A stretch of DNA of 64,000 nt from Iphione sp. A-MEVVRFRX5 (lineage: Eukaryota), in contig OZ320319.1 in the NCBI GenBank assembly GCA_976226885.1, positions 66,278,001 to 66,342,000 on the forward strand. Reading direction: 5' to 3'. The translations under genes and the position numbers were made by a program. Positions 50,501 to 62,500 of the stretch are shown here, piece after piece. Position 1 is the first letter of the stretch, and every line of letters starts with the position of its first letter. The notes under the pieces are model-generated. The model was not told the DNA's origin. It made no database searches and worked only from the letters and a program-made list of their open reading frames with translations.

Positions 50501-53500
50501 AAAAATTGTAAATTTAACCGTTATTTCTCATATTGAAAGGTAATCATCCTTAGACATAATCTAAGTATCACAATGGTGAGAATATCTATATTCCACAGTG
50601 AAAGGTAAATCGAATCAATGTACATGTATCAAGGTTTATATTTAACTACTTCTGCTACCAGGTCTACAACGGCTGCTACTAGTGGGACAACTATTACATA
50701 ACACATGGAAAATGTACGCGTTTATGTTCAGACGTAATTTGCTATACGTGAGTGGAATTTCTACTTCACATGTGCATATATTAAGAATCATATACATCTA
50801 TTGCTGTCATTCTCCTGCTACAAATATGACCGCTATTACTATCACCACCACCACCACCAACTCGACTACTACTGCTACTACTACTACTTTTTCTACTACC
50901 ATCAATACCTTAGCTACTTCCACTACTACTACCACGAGCACAACTTCAGCTACTATTGCTACTAAGTACTACCACCACGACGCCAGCTGCTTCCATTACT
51001 ACTACCACTACCACCATCTCAGTTACTACTAGCACAACTACCACTTCTACTAATCCAACTACTGTACTACCACTACCACGACTACCACTACTGCTACCAC
51101 TACTACCATTGCCTCCACTTAGGCTACTTTCACAATAACTACTACTACTACTACCACTTCTCCGACTACACATATAACTAACACATCGACAGATATATAA
51201 GGATCTTTTTCTCCCCACTCACTCATAGGTCTTGAAGGTACAACAGCGTCCGACTGGAGCGGCGCACTTTGGCCGGCCTGGCTCTCGGCGGACACGCGGA
51301 AGAAGTACGTCTGACCCTCGGCTAGACCGGAGATGGTAAACTGCGTCTCGCGGCTGGATGTGTAGCCGACGCGTCGCCAGACGTCGCCGCCTTCGCTCAT
51401 ATCGACGATGTAGCCGATGATGGGCGTACCGCCGTCCGACACTGGGCAGCGCCATTCGATCATCAGAGCCTTGTTGGATACCTTGGTGACTATCATGGGT
51501 CCAACCGGGCGGTATGGGGCTTCTGTTGGTTTGGTTGAAGACAATGACAGGTTAGATTACGACAGGATAGTTTTTTTTAAGCAGGGCAGTTAACTTAATT
51601 CATTCTATTAACTGCACGGCTAGTAGGTGTCCTTGGTCTTCACTCTACCCAGATCTCAACGTCTCTGGTAAAAAAATCAGATGTTCTCACAGATTCATCA
51701 ATTTCTGATAGGTTTTATTGTACCTATTTGAGTATCGAGATAAATGTCCAATTTAGCAAAGAAAAAGTGCATTGCCCTGATCACAGAAAGTAGACGAATA
51801 ATACAATGCAATCATCACCTTACATCACAGTTATCAATTTAATTGACAAATGTCGCATAAAAATCAAGTCCGGATATTCTGGCTGTAGAAAAGGGACGAA
51901 ATTTGGCGTCACATCTCCCACCCCCACCCCAGGAGCAATGAGCAAGGAGAGATTACACTCCAACTGACCGGCCGTCTTGGTGGCGACCACGGGAAGATCG
52001 TACTCGATGGGTCTGTGCGTCCATCCCTCGTGGGTCTCCGTGCGGATGCGGAAACGATACTCGCGCCCTTCGTCGAGGTCGGGCACGGTGTAGCGCTTCA
52101 TGGACACCGGAAGTGCGGCGATGCGCGACCATGCGGCCGTCGGCTCCTCGCGCCGCTCGATGATGTAACTGCGTACGGACGAGAGGTCCTCGCGCGGTTC
52201 CCACTCGAGGGTGACGCGGTCGTGGAAGATATCGGAGGGCCACAGGGAGGAGATTGGTGTCGGCTCCTCGAGCACTTGTGGTTCTGTAAGCAGATGCACA
52301 AGCGAACAAATACATTCGTAAGGTGCTTTATCATGACACTGCTGTTGCCCATAACGAGCTAAATGTGGAGATTCTTTTGTTTTTAGCTGAATGAAAGCCA
52401 AGTAATTTTCCGCACTACTAACCATAGGACTCCATGAGTCTCACGGGGATGTCCAGCTTGCCGTACGGCCCAGTGCCGATGTCATTCTCTGCCGTCACTC
52501 GGAAGAAGTAGTCAACGCCTTTCTGGAGGTCGGGCAGCGCCAGCGATGTGGGCGCGCTGCCGTCGACGGTGCTGACGAGCGTCCAGGCGCCGAGGCCGTC
52601 GGTGCGCTCGACGTGGTAGACCTTGATGCGGCGACCGCCGTCCGACTTTGGTCGGCTCCAATGGAGCGTGACGCGGTCCCTGGTCAGGTCGCTGACATGC
52701 AAACCCTGAGGAGCCGTGGGCACATCTGTAGAGGAGAGCATCAATGACGATTTCGAATGTGGAAAATTTGAAAAAAAATGTTTTAAACCAATGGAGAATT
52801 AAGTTGAGCCTATGCGCAGTGATTTTTTCCCAAGGAATCTATAAACTCTCGGTTGTATGTATTGTAGTTGATATCATTAATCACAACATGCGACCCGGGA
52901 TATAAAACGCTTTATTTTCTTCGACAAATTTTAAGACTTAAACTGAACACAGACATGTGGTTAATCGCAGGTGAATTAAATTGACAAAAACCAGTCAATA
53001 ATAAAAGATATATAGTGTGTATTAGTGTATAATTGTGTCTGTGGCCCTTGATTCACGAATATCAACAAGGCGAAAAAAGACTTTAAACTGCAGAGTGAGC
53101 GGGATGGTTTCAACCGTTCCACTACGTGGTCTGTGTCAAACTGACCTGTAGCTGACCGGTCCCGGTTGACCAGCGAAGCCCCATGAGGGTGCCACCAGCA
53201 TCAGGCCAAATTACATCCATAAAAATGTGAAACGGTATCAGAATGCTGAGACACGCACCAGTCCATGTTTATTCAAGCAGATGCTCACTAAACGGTTCTT
53301 TCGCTAGTGTAAAGAGTCTGCACAGCCTACTCACCCATGATGTTGACGTTGAACTTGGCCTCAGTCACGCCCCACTCGTTCTTGGCCACGACGCGATATT
53401 CGCCGGCGTCTTCGCAGCCGACGCGCCGTACGCCCAGTGACGTCAGGTAGTCGGTGACGTCGATGAAGATGTGGCCGCGCCCAGTGAGTTTGGCGCCATC

Positions 53501-56500
53501 TTTATACCACGTGATGGTGGGCGCGGGCTCTCCCTCTAGGTTGACGTTCAGGCGGAGGTTTGAGCCGCTCGGCAGGGACATATCCAGATAACGACTGTCG
53601 AACTCGAGCCTTGGTCCGGCTGAAAGGGTAGGGTTTCACATTAACACACCGATCTCTATAAGTAGGTCTTGTCTCTTACGTATTCATGCGCTCTGCTTCT
53701 CTGTGAGCTTTTGAGGATTGTCCAAGCATAACTTGTCGATACTGATTTTGCTTAAGATGATTTCAAGAAAGTGGCATTCGTAAACCTACTATAATGCACG
53801 CATAGCACATTTGAATGCACGTGTTTCATCTGCTGACCTTTAACCCTGAGGTTTGCCGAGGTGCTGGCTTGACCGTATTGGTTGGACGCCTCACACGTGT
53901 ATCGTCCCGTGTCCTCTTCGATGACGTCGTGAATGACGAGAGATGCGCGCGCATCCCGATACTTCATGTCGTACTTCCGGCCAGAAGACAAGGTCTTGAA
54001 GTCTTTCGACCTATGACAAAGACAAGATCTAGATGAATATATGTCATCAGGGAGTAATATTCTTCGTAGTAAACCCATTTTTATCGAAATACCAGCTGTA
54101 TATATGGGTCATGATCTGAAACGTTTGATTTATAGCAGATAAGAGACCTTCTGACTCCATGCTTCTTCCCATACAATCGATGTCGGGTACTATCTCTAAA
54201 TGGTCCTTTTTTATTGTCAAACTGACTCGCACTTGGGCCACTGCTCTCCTCTTACAGTGACCCCAGGAGGGAGGGTGGTAAGGTAGCTGTTAAACTGCAC
54301 AGGCATCACTTCACACTTCGTCATGATTCATAGATCTTGTTAACTACAAAACGATGCAAAGTAAAAACCTCCCTGATTTCATATTACGACAAGTTTAACC
54401 TTAGACTTACCACGTGATCTCTGGTTCAGGCACGCCCGTGATTTGGCATTCTAAGCGCGCGTCGTCACGGACGCGTGCGTATACGTCACTGGCGTGTTCG
54501 ACGACCCGGGGCGGGGCGCCACCTGAAGGAAGACGTAAAACCATTGACCACTTACAACAATATATATCACTTTTAACCGTAACCGTTATCCACTTGATTT
54601 AGGCTGAGTGATTCATAATTTTCTCATACTACATGGTAATTTTTAAATCGTCTGAGGAAAACTTACGGTGGTAAAGAACGATCTGGACGGAAAAAATAGC
54701 TGCAAGTAAATCGTGCGTCGTGTCTACGAACAACATTAAATATGCCAAGATTACGACACGTGCATGACTCTGTGTGTACGTAAAGGTGCAATCCTTAAAG
54801 ACCACTCACTGGGAGTGACATCACGGATGTGGATGCGGCGCGAGGCAGGCGAGGCGTCACTGCGGCCCAGGCGGTTCTCCGCCGTCACGCGGAACTCGTA
54901 GAAGTTGCCTGGGAGGAGATCGGTCGCCGTCCACGCCGGCTCGGACAGCTGTCCTGAGGGGTTGGCCACCGACCAGCCGTAGGTCACGCTGGAGCGCACC
55001 TCGATGATGTAGTGCGTGATGGGTTCGCCGCCATCGTCACGTGGTGGGGCCCAGGTGAGCGCGGCCGTCCCACGACTGCCCAGGCTCACCTCTGGCCGGC
55101 CTGGACTGAGGGGCTTGTCTGTTACAGAGAGGAGGGGTGGGTTCAATACTGAGCAGCAATGTGCCAGTCCAATCGGATGAATCAAAGTCTGGTGAGCTGT
55201 TTGAGGTAAAAATGCTCGTATTATTCGTTGGGAATGTATTCATATGCTCAGTTATTTTGCTCACCAACCGTTGGGTTGCTGCTTGAAGCTGATGTGTTAT
55301 GAAGTTTATATCAGTACTTACTGAATGGCTCCTGTGCTACCACTGGTCCCACCGGCTTGGAAGGCGCGCTCTGGCCGGCGTCGTTCTCGGCCAGCACGCG
55401 GTACTCGTAGTCGCCGCCGTCGTATACGTCGGTGTCGCGGTAGAAGAGGTCGGGGATGAGGCCGCGGTTGAGGCGTAAGAAGCGGCTGCTGTAGCCCTGT
55501 CGTCGCTCCAACACGTAGCCGGTCACCGGCGCGCCGCCATCGCTCAGCGGTGGTTGCCATTCAAGCCCGATGGCGCGGCGGGTCGTCTCGACCACCTCCA
55601 GACCGCGCGGCTTGTCGGGCACGCTGTACGGCGCCTTCAACTCCACTGCCGTCGGCGTCTCGTACGGACGCCCGATACCGACGCTGTTCTCGGCCGATAC
55701 CCGGAAGTAGTAATCGCTGCCGTCGACCAGCTTGCGCACCTGGAAGCTGGTGTTGAGGTGGTTAACGCTGCCTGCCGTCATCCAGCCGCCGCGAGACGCG
55801 TCGCGCCGCTCGATGAGGTAACCGGTAATGGCGTCGCCGCCGTCGGTCTTGGGCGGTTCCCAGGCCAGCGTGACCGAGTCGGCCATGATGCGCGTGACAC
55901 GCAGACCGGCAGGCTGTCCGGGTGTGCCTGGGATGTGCACGAAACAGTAGTCGATTGTAGTAACCAGCATGACATTCCAAAAAGCGCAGGTATCCGAGAA
56001 CTGCACTCTATCTGTAACTCTAGAATTACACTCTATTTCAACAATAGGAACATACCTCTTCTATGATGTAAGGGCAACCCTTCCACATTTAATTCAAAGT
56101 CTAAGATCTTGTTGAAATGTCTTTATAGTAAGCGGGCCACACGATCTGCACGTCACCAACTCACCCTTAACGCGCACGTTGTAGTCGTATTCGGCCGAGC
56201 CGATCGGGTTCTCCACCCTCAGTCGGTAGATTCCTCCCTCCTCGGGCTCGATACCGGTCATGGTGAGAGTCGAGTAGTTGTCGCCCGTGTCGATGTGCAC
56301 GTGTCCCCTGCGCGGGGACAGCTCGGCGCCGTCCCGGAGCCAGGTCGCCCTCGGGCGTGGAACGCCGGTGAACTGGGCGGGCAGAATGAGTGACGAGCCC
56401 GCCTTCACCGTCTGATGGTCGGCGTAGCGCCGGTCTACCTCCAGTTTGGGCGGCACTGTTGATTGCGAAAAGGACATAATATTTGGTCTACCAGTGTGAC

Positions 56501-59500
56501 ATACTTACAGTAATTTATGGGTCACAAATAAGCCATGTGACAGTCGAGACACCCCTTCACAGAAAGAACTAACCTCAATAAATTTAGCTTCGTGAAGCAC
56601 TTTCTATTACGCTATCTTACAATCAGCTTGTTTCAACATGTTTTCCTGTTCTTATTTCAGAGCAATGCACACTTCAGACTGGATGCATTTTCATGATACA
56701 ATATAAAAAATAGTAATACATGTACAAATATTAATATGGTGACTTACTGTTGACAGCTAAGCGACATGATGTGTCCACGCGGCCCATGCGGTTGCTCGCC
56801 TCACAGCGGTATTTACCGCTGTCTCCGGCTTCCACTTTGGGAATTGACAGCGAAGCAACGCCATCAGCATAGGCCATCCGATGTCGGTGAGACTTGAAGA
56901 GCTCCTTAGCATCCTTGAACCTGCTCGGAGACAATTGATCGCAAAAACATGAAGGCACATTTTTACGTTGAATCTTATCGAACAAGATATAATTATAAGG
57001 TCATATGAAAAGTAAAAAAAATCTTTTTTTAGCTTCTCTCATTTTATTCATCTCTATACTATGTAACTTTTTATATTTCGCTTAAAATACATTATACACG
57101 TAAAACTAAGTATGTCAAATTAACCGTGTTACAACATGTACATTGTAGACTATCAATGTACATGTACATATACGGTAAATCTAACGTGGCCGCCCTGCAC
57201 ATTTTTTTGCAGTACAGCGCTATAAAACATGTACATGTCCTACATGTACCGTGCATTAAGGAGTACAGCTATATTGTAACATATCTGCGAAAAATATATC
57301 ACATAACTTACCATCTGAAGTTCGCTTTTGGTTCTCCTGGGGATATTTCACAGTCGAGTGTAACAGGGCGGCCCACCGTGGCGCTCATGTCCTGAAGCCT
57401 GGCCAGCACAGTCGGCTCTTTCCCAACTAAAATGAAGAAACTCCTCATGAGAGTCACGTTCGAAGGTCTTAATCTGGATCACTTTCGGCCAAAGTCAGGA
57501 ATCTAATACACACTACGTATTACAGGTGCATGTCTACCGCTCTTGTTTGAGGACATCTCTGTTACCATGATTAAAAAGACAAACAAGCATTTGAAACACT
57601 GTGTTACGAGAGCACGTGCATTTATTACTTCCGATCGAATGAAGTAAGGCAGTGAGATAACTATGGCTTACCAACTGGGTCCTTGGCTGTGACCGGCTGG
57701 GTAGTTTCCGAGTATGGACCAAGACCGGCGCGGTTCTCGGCCGCTACCCGGAACTGGTAGTCGACGTTAGCCTGCAGGCCCGTCATCCGGTAGGATGTTT
57801 CCGGGGTGCGCTCACCCTCGTTGGCGGTCAACCAGCGGAAGGCGTCTGATGGTTTGTACTCGAGTTGGTAATGGCGCACGTCGCTTCCACCGTCGGTGAG
57901 GGGCGCGCGCCAGGACAGCTTGCAAGAACGTCGCGTGAGATCGCTGACCGAGAGGTCACCTGGTGCACCTGGTTTCTGCCATGGGTCGCGGGCGACGACG
58001 GCTGCCGACGCGCGGCTCGGCGAGCTGGCGCCGATGGCGTTCTCGGCGACGACGCGGAACTCGTAGGAGTCGCCTTCGCGGAGGTCGTCGACGCGGTAGG
58101 ACGTGTCGAGCGTGCGATGGCGCGTGATGCGCGACCAGGGCTCGGAGCTCGACGCCGGCCGACGCTCCACGTGGTAGCCGAGGATAGGGCTCTGACCGTC
58201 GCTACTGGGCTTCGTCCAGGTTAACCGGCAGCCGTCCCGACACACGTCCGTGACGGTCACCTGCCCTGGTGGCGCCGGCGTGCTCTGCGCGGCCTGGGTC
58301 GACACTGCTGTGGGCAGTTCTGCGTAAGCTCCCACTCCCACACGGTTACGGGCGGCCACTCTGAAGACGTACGGCACGCCCTCGGCCAAGCGGCTGGCCT
58401 TGTAGCGCCGGTCACTCGTCGAGCCGATGGGGGTCCACGTCATCCTTAGGGCCTCGCGCCTCTCGATGACGTAATCGCCGACGTCGGCGCCACCGCTGTC
58501 GCGGGGTTCGGACCAGGTGAGGGTGACGTTCCTGTCGGTGATGTTGTCGACGTCGAGGTCCTGGGGGGCCGATGGTTTGTCTAAAAATGAGAAATTAGAA
58601 AGAAACGTATAGTTCAGGGGACAAACAACCCAGGGCTACAGATGCATGCTAAATTCGAGAACGTGCAGCCATGTAACTGTAACTTTTCAAGACGATTAGC
58701 GCCTTGACAAAATGACTAAGTCTATGTGGTCTTATGATCGTCATGAGACAATATCGTCCAGATGTCATACACATATAACACGACCATAGCCAGGTAAACA
58801 ACACGGTGATAGGGTAAGCGAAAGAAATGAATCTGTCTACGAGAGAAGAGTGTGAACTGACCTATGACGTTGAGACCAAAGCGCGTGCTAGTCGTGCCGT
58901 AGGGGTTCGTGAAGGTGACCGAGTAGTTGCCAGCGTCGGCGCGCTCCGCCGGTCCGAGGGCCAGCGAGGCGACGGTGGGCTTGGTGTCAAGTCGAAGACG
59001 GCGCGACTCAAACAGCGGCTCGCCGTCCTTCTTCCACGTCACCTTAGGCTCCGGGCAGGCGGAGTAGGGCAGGTTGATGGTGGTACTGTCTCCCGCCTTC
59101 AGCCAGATGCCCTTCTCGTACTCGTCCCCACCGGTCAGTACCGGCGGTACCTCCACCGCTAGGCGCCCGACGGAGCGGTGGCCCTTGACGACGATGGCGT
59201 AGTCGCCGGCATCCCGCGCGTCGACGTTGTGCACGGTGAGGCGGTGGGTGTTGCGCGACGAGGAGATGTCGTACTTCCTGTCGCTGCGGATCTCTTGGCC
59301 GTCCTTCAGCCATTGGGCGCGAGTCTTGGGTTTGCTCACCTCACAGTCGAAGGTCACGTCGTTTCCAGTGCGTTTTACTGTCGTATTCTTCAGAGGTCTT
59401 ATGAACTCGAGAGGCTCAACTGGAGGAAAATCGACGGAACGTGATGAATGTAAAGTAAGAGATTTCATAGAAACGAACAAAGGAACACAAACGATGTTTT

Positions 59501-62500
59501 AGACAACTATGGCTTTTCGAAGGTGTGTAATCAGAACAACATATTCCCTTTCCCAGAAATTCAACACAAATGTAACACGATAGCAACCTTTAAAAATTTG
59601 CGCCCTATTAAGGGGTCGTATTAGGGTTAATGAGGTACGATTCGGTGTTACAGCAGCAGGCCCCAGACAACATTTTAGTGAGCCGAAAAAAGGGTAATCG
59701 TCTTACGAATCAAAAGTATGACCGCAAGATATTAATAATTCAATATAATTGAATATAATCCCTCTAGCAGCCAAACCAATGTAACGTTTATCATAAAAAT
59801 GACTGCCCCCAAATTTAACAAAACAGTCCAAACTGTATGGGCATGTGTGCTATTGAACTTACCGTATTTGCCCGAGCGTGAGGCCGGGGAGGCGGTGCTC
59901 GTCCCCCCTTTGTTCTCGGCTGACACACGGAACTCGTAATCCGTCTCGTCAGCGAGCCCTTCAACAGTGTAGTTGGTGTCGGTTAGGCGGCCTAGTGGAT
60001 TGACAACTTCCCAGCGATAGGCTCCGACGGGGCGCATCTCAAGCCGGTAGTTGGTGATGGGACTTCCACCGTCCGACGACGGCTCTGCCCAGCGCAGGCG
60101 CGCTGACCCCTTCTCCACTGACACGATGTCCGGATGGCCAGGGGCACTTGGTTTCTCTGTTAAGGAAGGAGGGGCACGATAAGGCTATGGTCGCTCTGTA
60201 CGTGGAGGCAAGCGAAACGCAGTCAGTATCTACCATTTAGTGATTATAGTTATTTCGCCGAGAGGAAATCGGATATAGTATTTCCAGTCAAGGAAGCTAT
60301 CTAACATTCTTGTATGTCTTTGTATGCATTTGTCCGTCTCTCACATCTCTCTCCTGCCTTCCTAATGTATAAAATTTCACCTCTTACGCCTAATATCCAC
60401 GTGCCTGTGTCTCTGTGTTGCGTGTTCATGCATGCTCATGTATTTTGGAGACTATGTATCAGAGTAGCAGTGTAACCATGCATATGTGTAGCAGGTTTTC
60501 CGGAATGGAACATGTCCCATTCCACTGTGATGTGTACTGCATGTATGATTCTTTAGAATGGGAAACTATGCTTATCTACTGAGGTGCAATATGATGAATA
60601 TGCTACGCCGACAGTCCTCAGCATGGATACACGGTGAGACAATTCATGGTACTCCACGGCCATGCACACTACCCGGGTACATGGATATTGAGCCTAACAT
60701 AGGTGCCAACTCCAGCAACCTACCATACGGGTCTCTGATGGTCACAGATGGTGTAGGCTCGGAGGGTTTGCCAACGCCGGCGGCGTTCTCGGCGCAGACG
60801 CGGTATTCGTACTGGTCGCCGGGACGGACGTTGCCCACGGTGAGACTGGTGTCCCTGGTGGCTGTCTTGTTGACGCGGTTCCAGCGTGTGCTGTAGGGAC
60901 TGCGCTGCTCTACGTAGTAGCCACTCACCCTGGAGCCGCCGTCCTCACGCGGCGTGTCCCAGGTCAGTGTGACGGAGTTCTTACTGACGTCCTTCACTTG
61001 TAGCTGGCGAGGAGCGCCTGGCTCGTCTGCAAAATCCCACCATTAGTTTTCCCGGTAATTCGACAACAAGCAAGTATTTAAAACATTCACTTGTGAATAG
61101 TCTAGGATATATGAATTGCCTATTTCGAAGTTGATATACCGATAAGGATAAGGATACAATTTGAAAGGGTACCTTTAAGTCTTAGGTTTTTGTTAATTTC
61201 CCTGATAGTTATACACAAGCAGAACATATTGTCAGGTCAACTTGTGACGTACCGTGATCAAGCTACTACATACAAGTGAAGATGTAATGAGTTGATTTAC
61301 AGTTCTTTCTTGTCTTCACATGATGCATCCTACTGCAGGAATGCAAAGCATTTAACAGAGGGACACCTTTGAACTCTAGGGAGGCATGTAAACGATACAA
61401 TGTAAAAAGTGCAGGTCGAATGAAAAACAAACTTAATCGCTGAGTGTCAAGCCCATTGATTGTACCACTTACTGTAGGGTAGTTTAGGAACGACTGGTCT
61501 ATCGGTCTCGACAAAGTCGCTAAGGCCGACGTCATTCTCGGCAGCCACCCGGAAGTAATACTCGGACCCCTCGAACAGTCGAGTGGCGGTAAAGTCGGTG
61601 ATGGTCGCCGGGGTGGTTCCGGTTCCGATCCAGGAGGCGCGGTCGGCGTCGCGTTTCTCAATGACGTAGCCGGTCGGCCGCGCTCCGCGACCTTCCGCTG
61701 GCGCATCCCAGGTCAAGGTCACCTTGTCGTGCTCTACGCCGCCTACTTGTAGGTTGCGCGGTGCATCCGGTTTTTCTACGATTTTAAGATGTGGAAGTTT
61801 TATTCGAGTTTTCAACGTCTGAATCGTTAAACAAAGGTAAATGGACACTTTAGTTTTTAGGACGTTAACGTCACAACTGCATTGAAATTTAACTTAGCTA
61901 TCTCTAAATGACTGTTAACATAAAAACGAACCACATCGAAGAATTCCACGTACTTAACGTTTTCAATAGAGATAGATACGTGTGCATGTTTACTCTCAGT
62001 GAACCTACCCCTGACTTTAAGGTCGAAGGCCGCTGATGCTGTTCCTGCCTTGTTGCTGACATTAATCTTGTACGTTCCCTCGTCCCCTGACGTCACTCCA
62101 CGCACCAACAGCGCAGACTTGTACTCGGACGTGTCCACGCTGACCCTTGGTGACGTCACGATTGGTTCCCCATTCAGCAGCCAGTTGGCAGTCGGCGTTG
62201 GATGTCCGTTGAAGTCAACATGGAGCCTGAAGTCAGTGCCAGACCTCAGAGATTGACTCTTTATCTGCGAGTCGTATTCCAGCTCGGGTTTTCCTGTAAG
62301 ATAATAAGATAATATGCGTTTTAAAAATCAGATAATCATAGGTTATGTGTGAACGACGAGAAGTATAAAGTATATTTTATTGGATATATTTGGAGATTTA
62401 TTACTTAGTATGAAATATAATTCTTTGATACCCCATGACGATGATTTGCAAAGCCAAGAACTCGACATAAATGTTCAAGGCAAAAAGGTGGCCCAGCAAT

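Noticed and set aside
50682-51218. Thr-, Ser- and Val-rich ORFs resembling mucins
   Set aside because: Translations of an intronic (ACT/ACC)n repeat; flanking exons join in frame without them
42441-62256. Many plus-strand and off-frame ORFs overlapping exons (e.g. 55554-56066, 57865-58224, 47145-47603, and 28034-28459 further down)
   Set aside because: Antisense shadows of GC-rich coding exons; no recognisable motifs, and they end where the exons end
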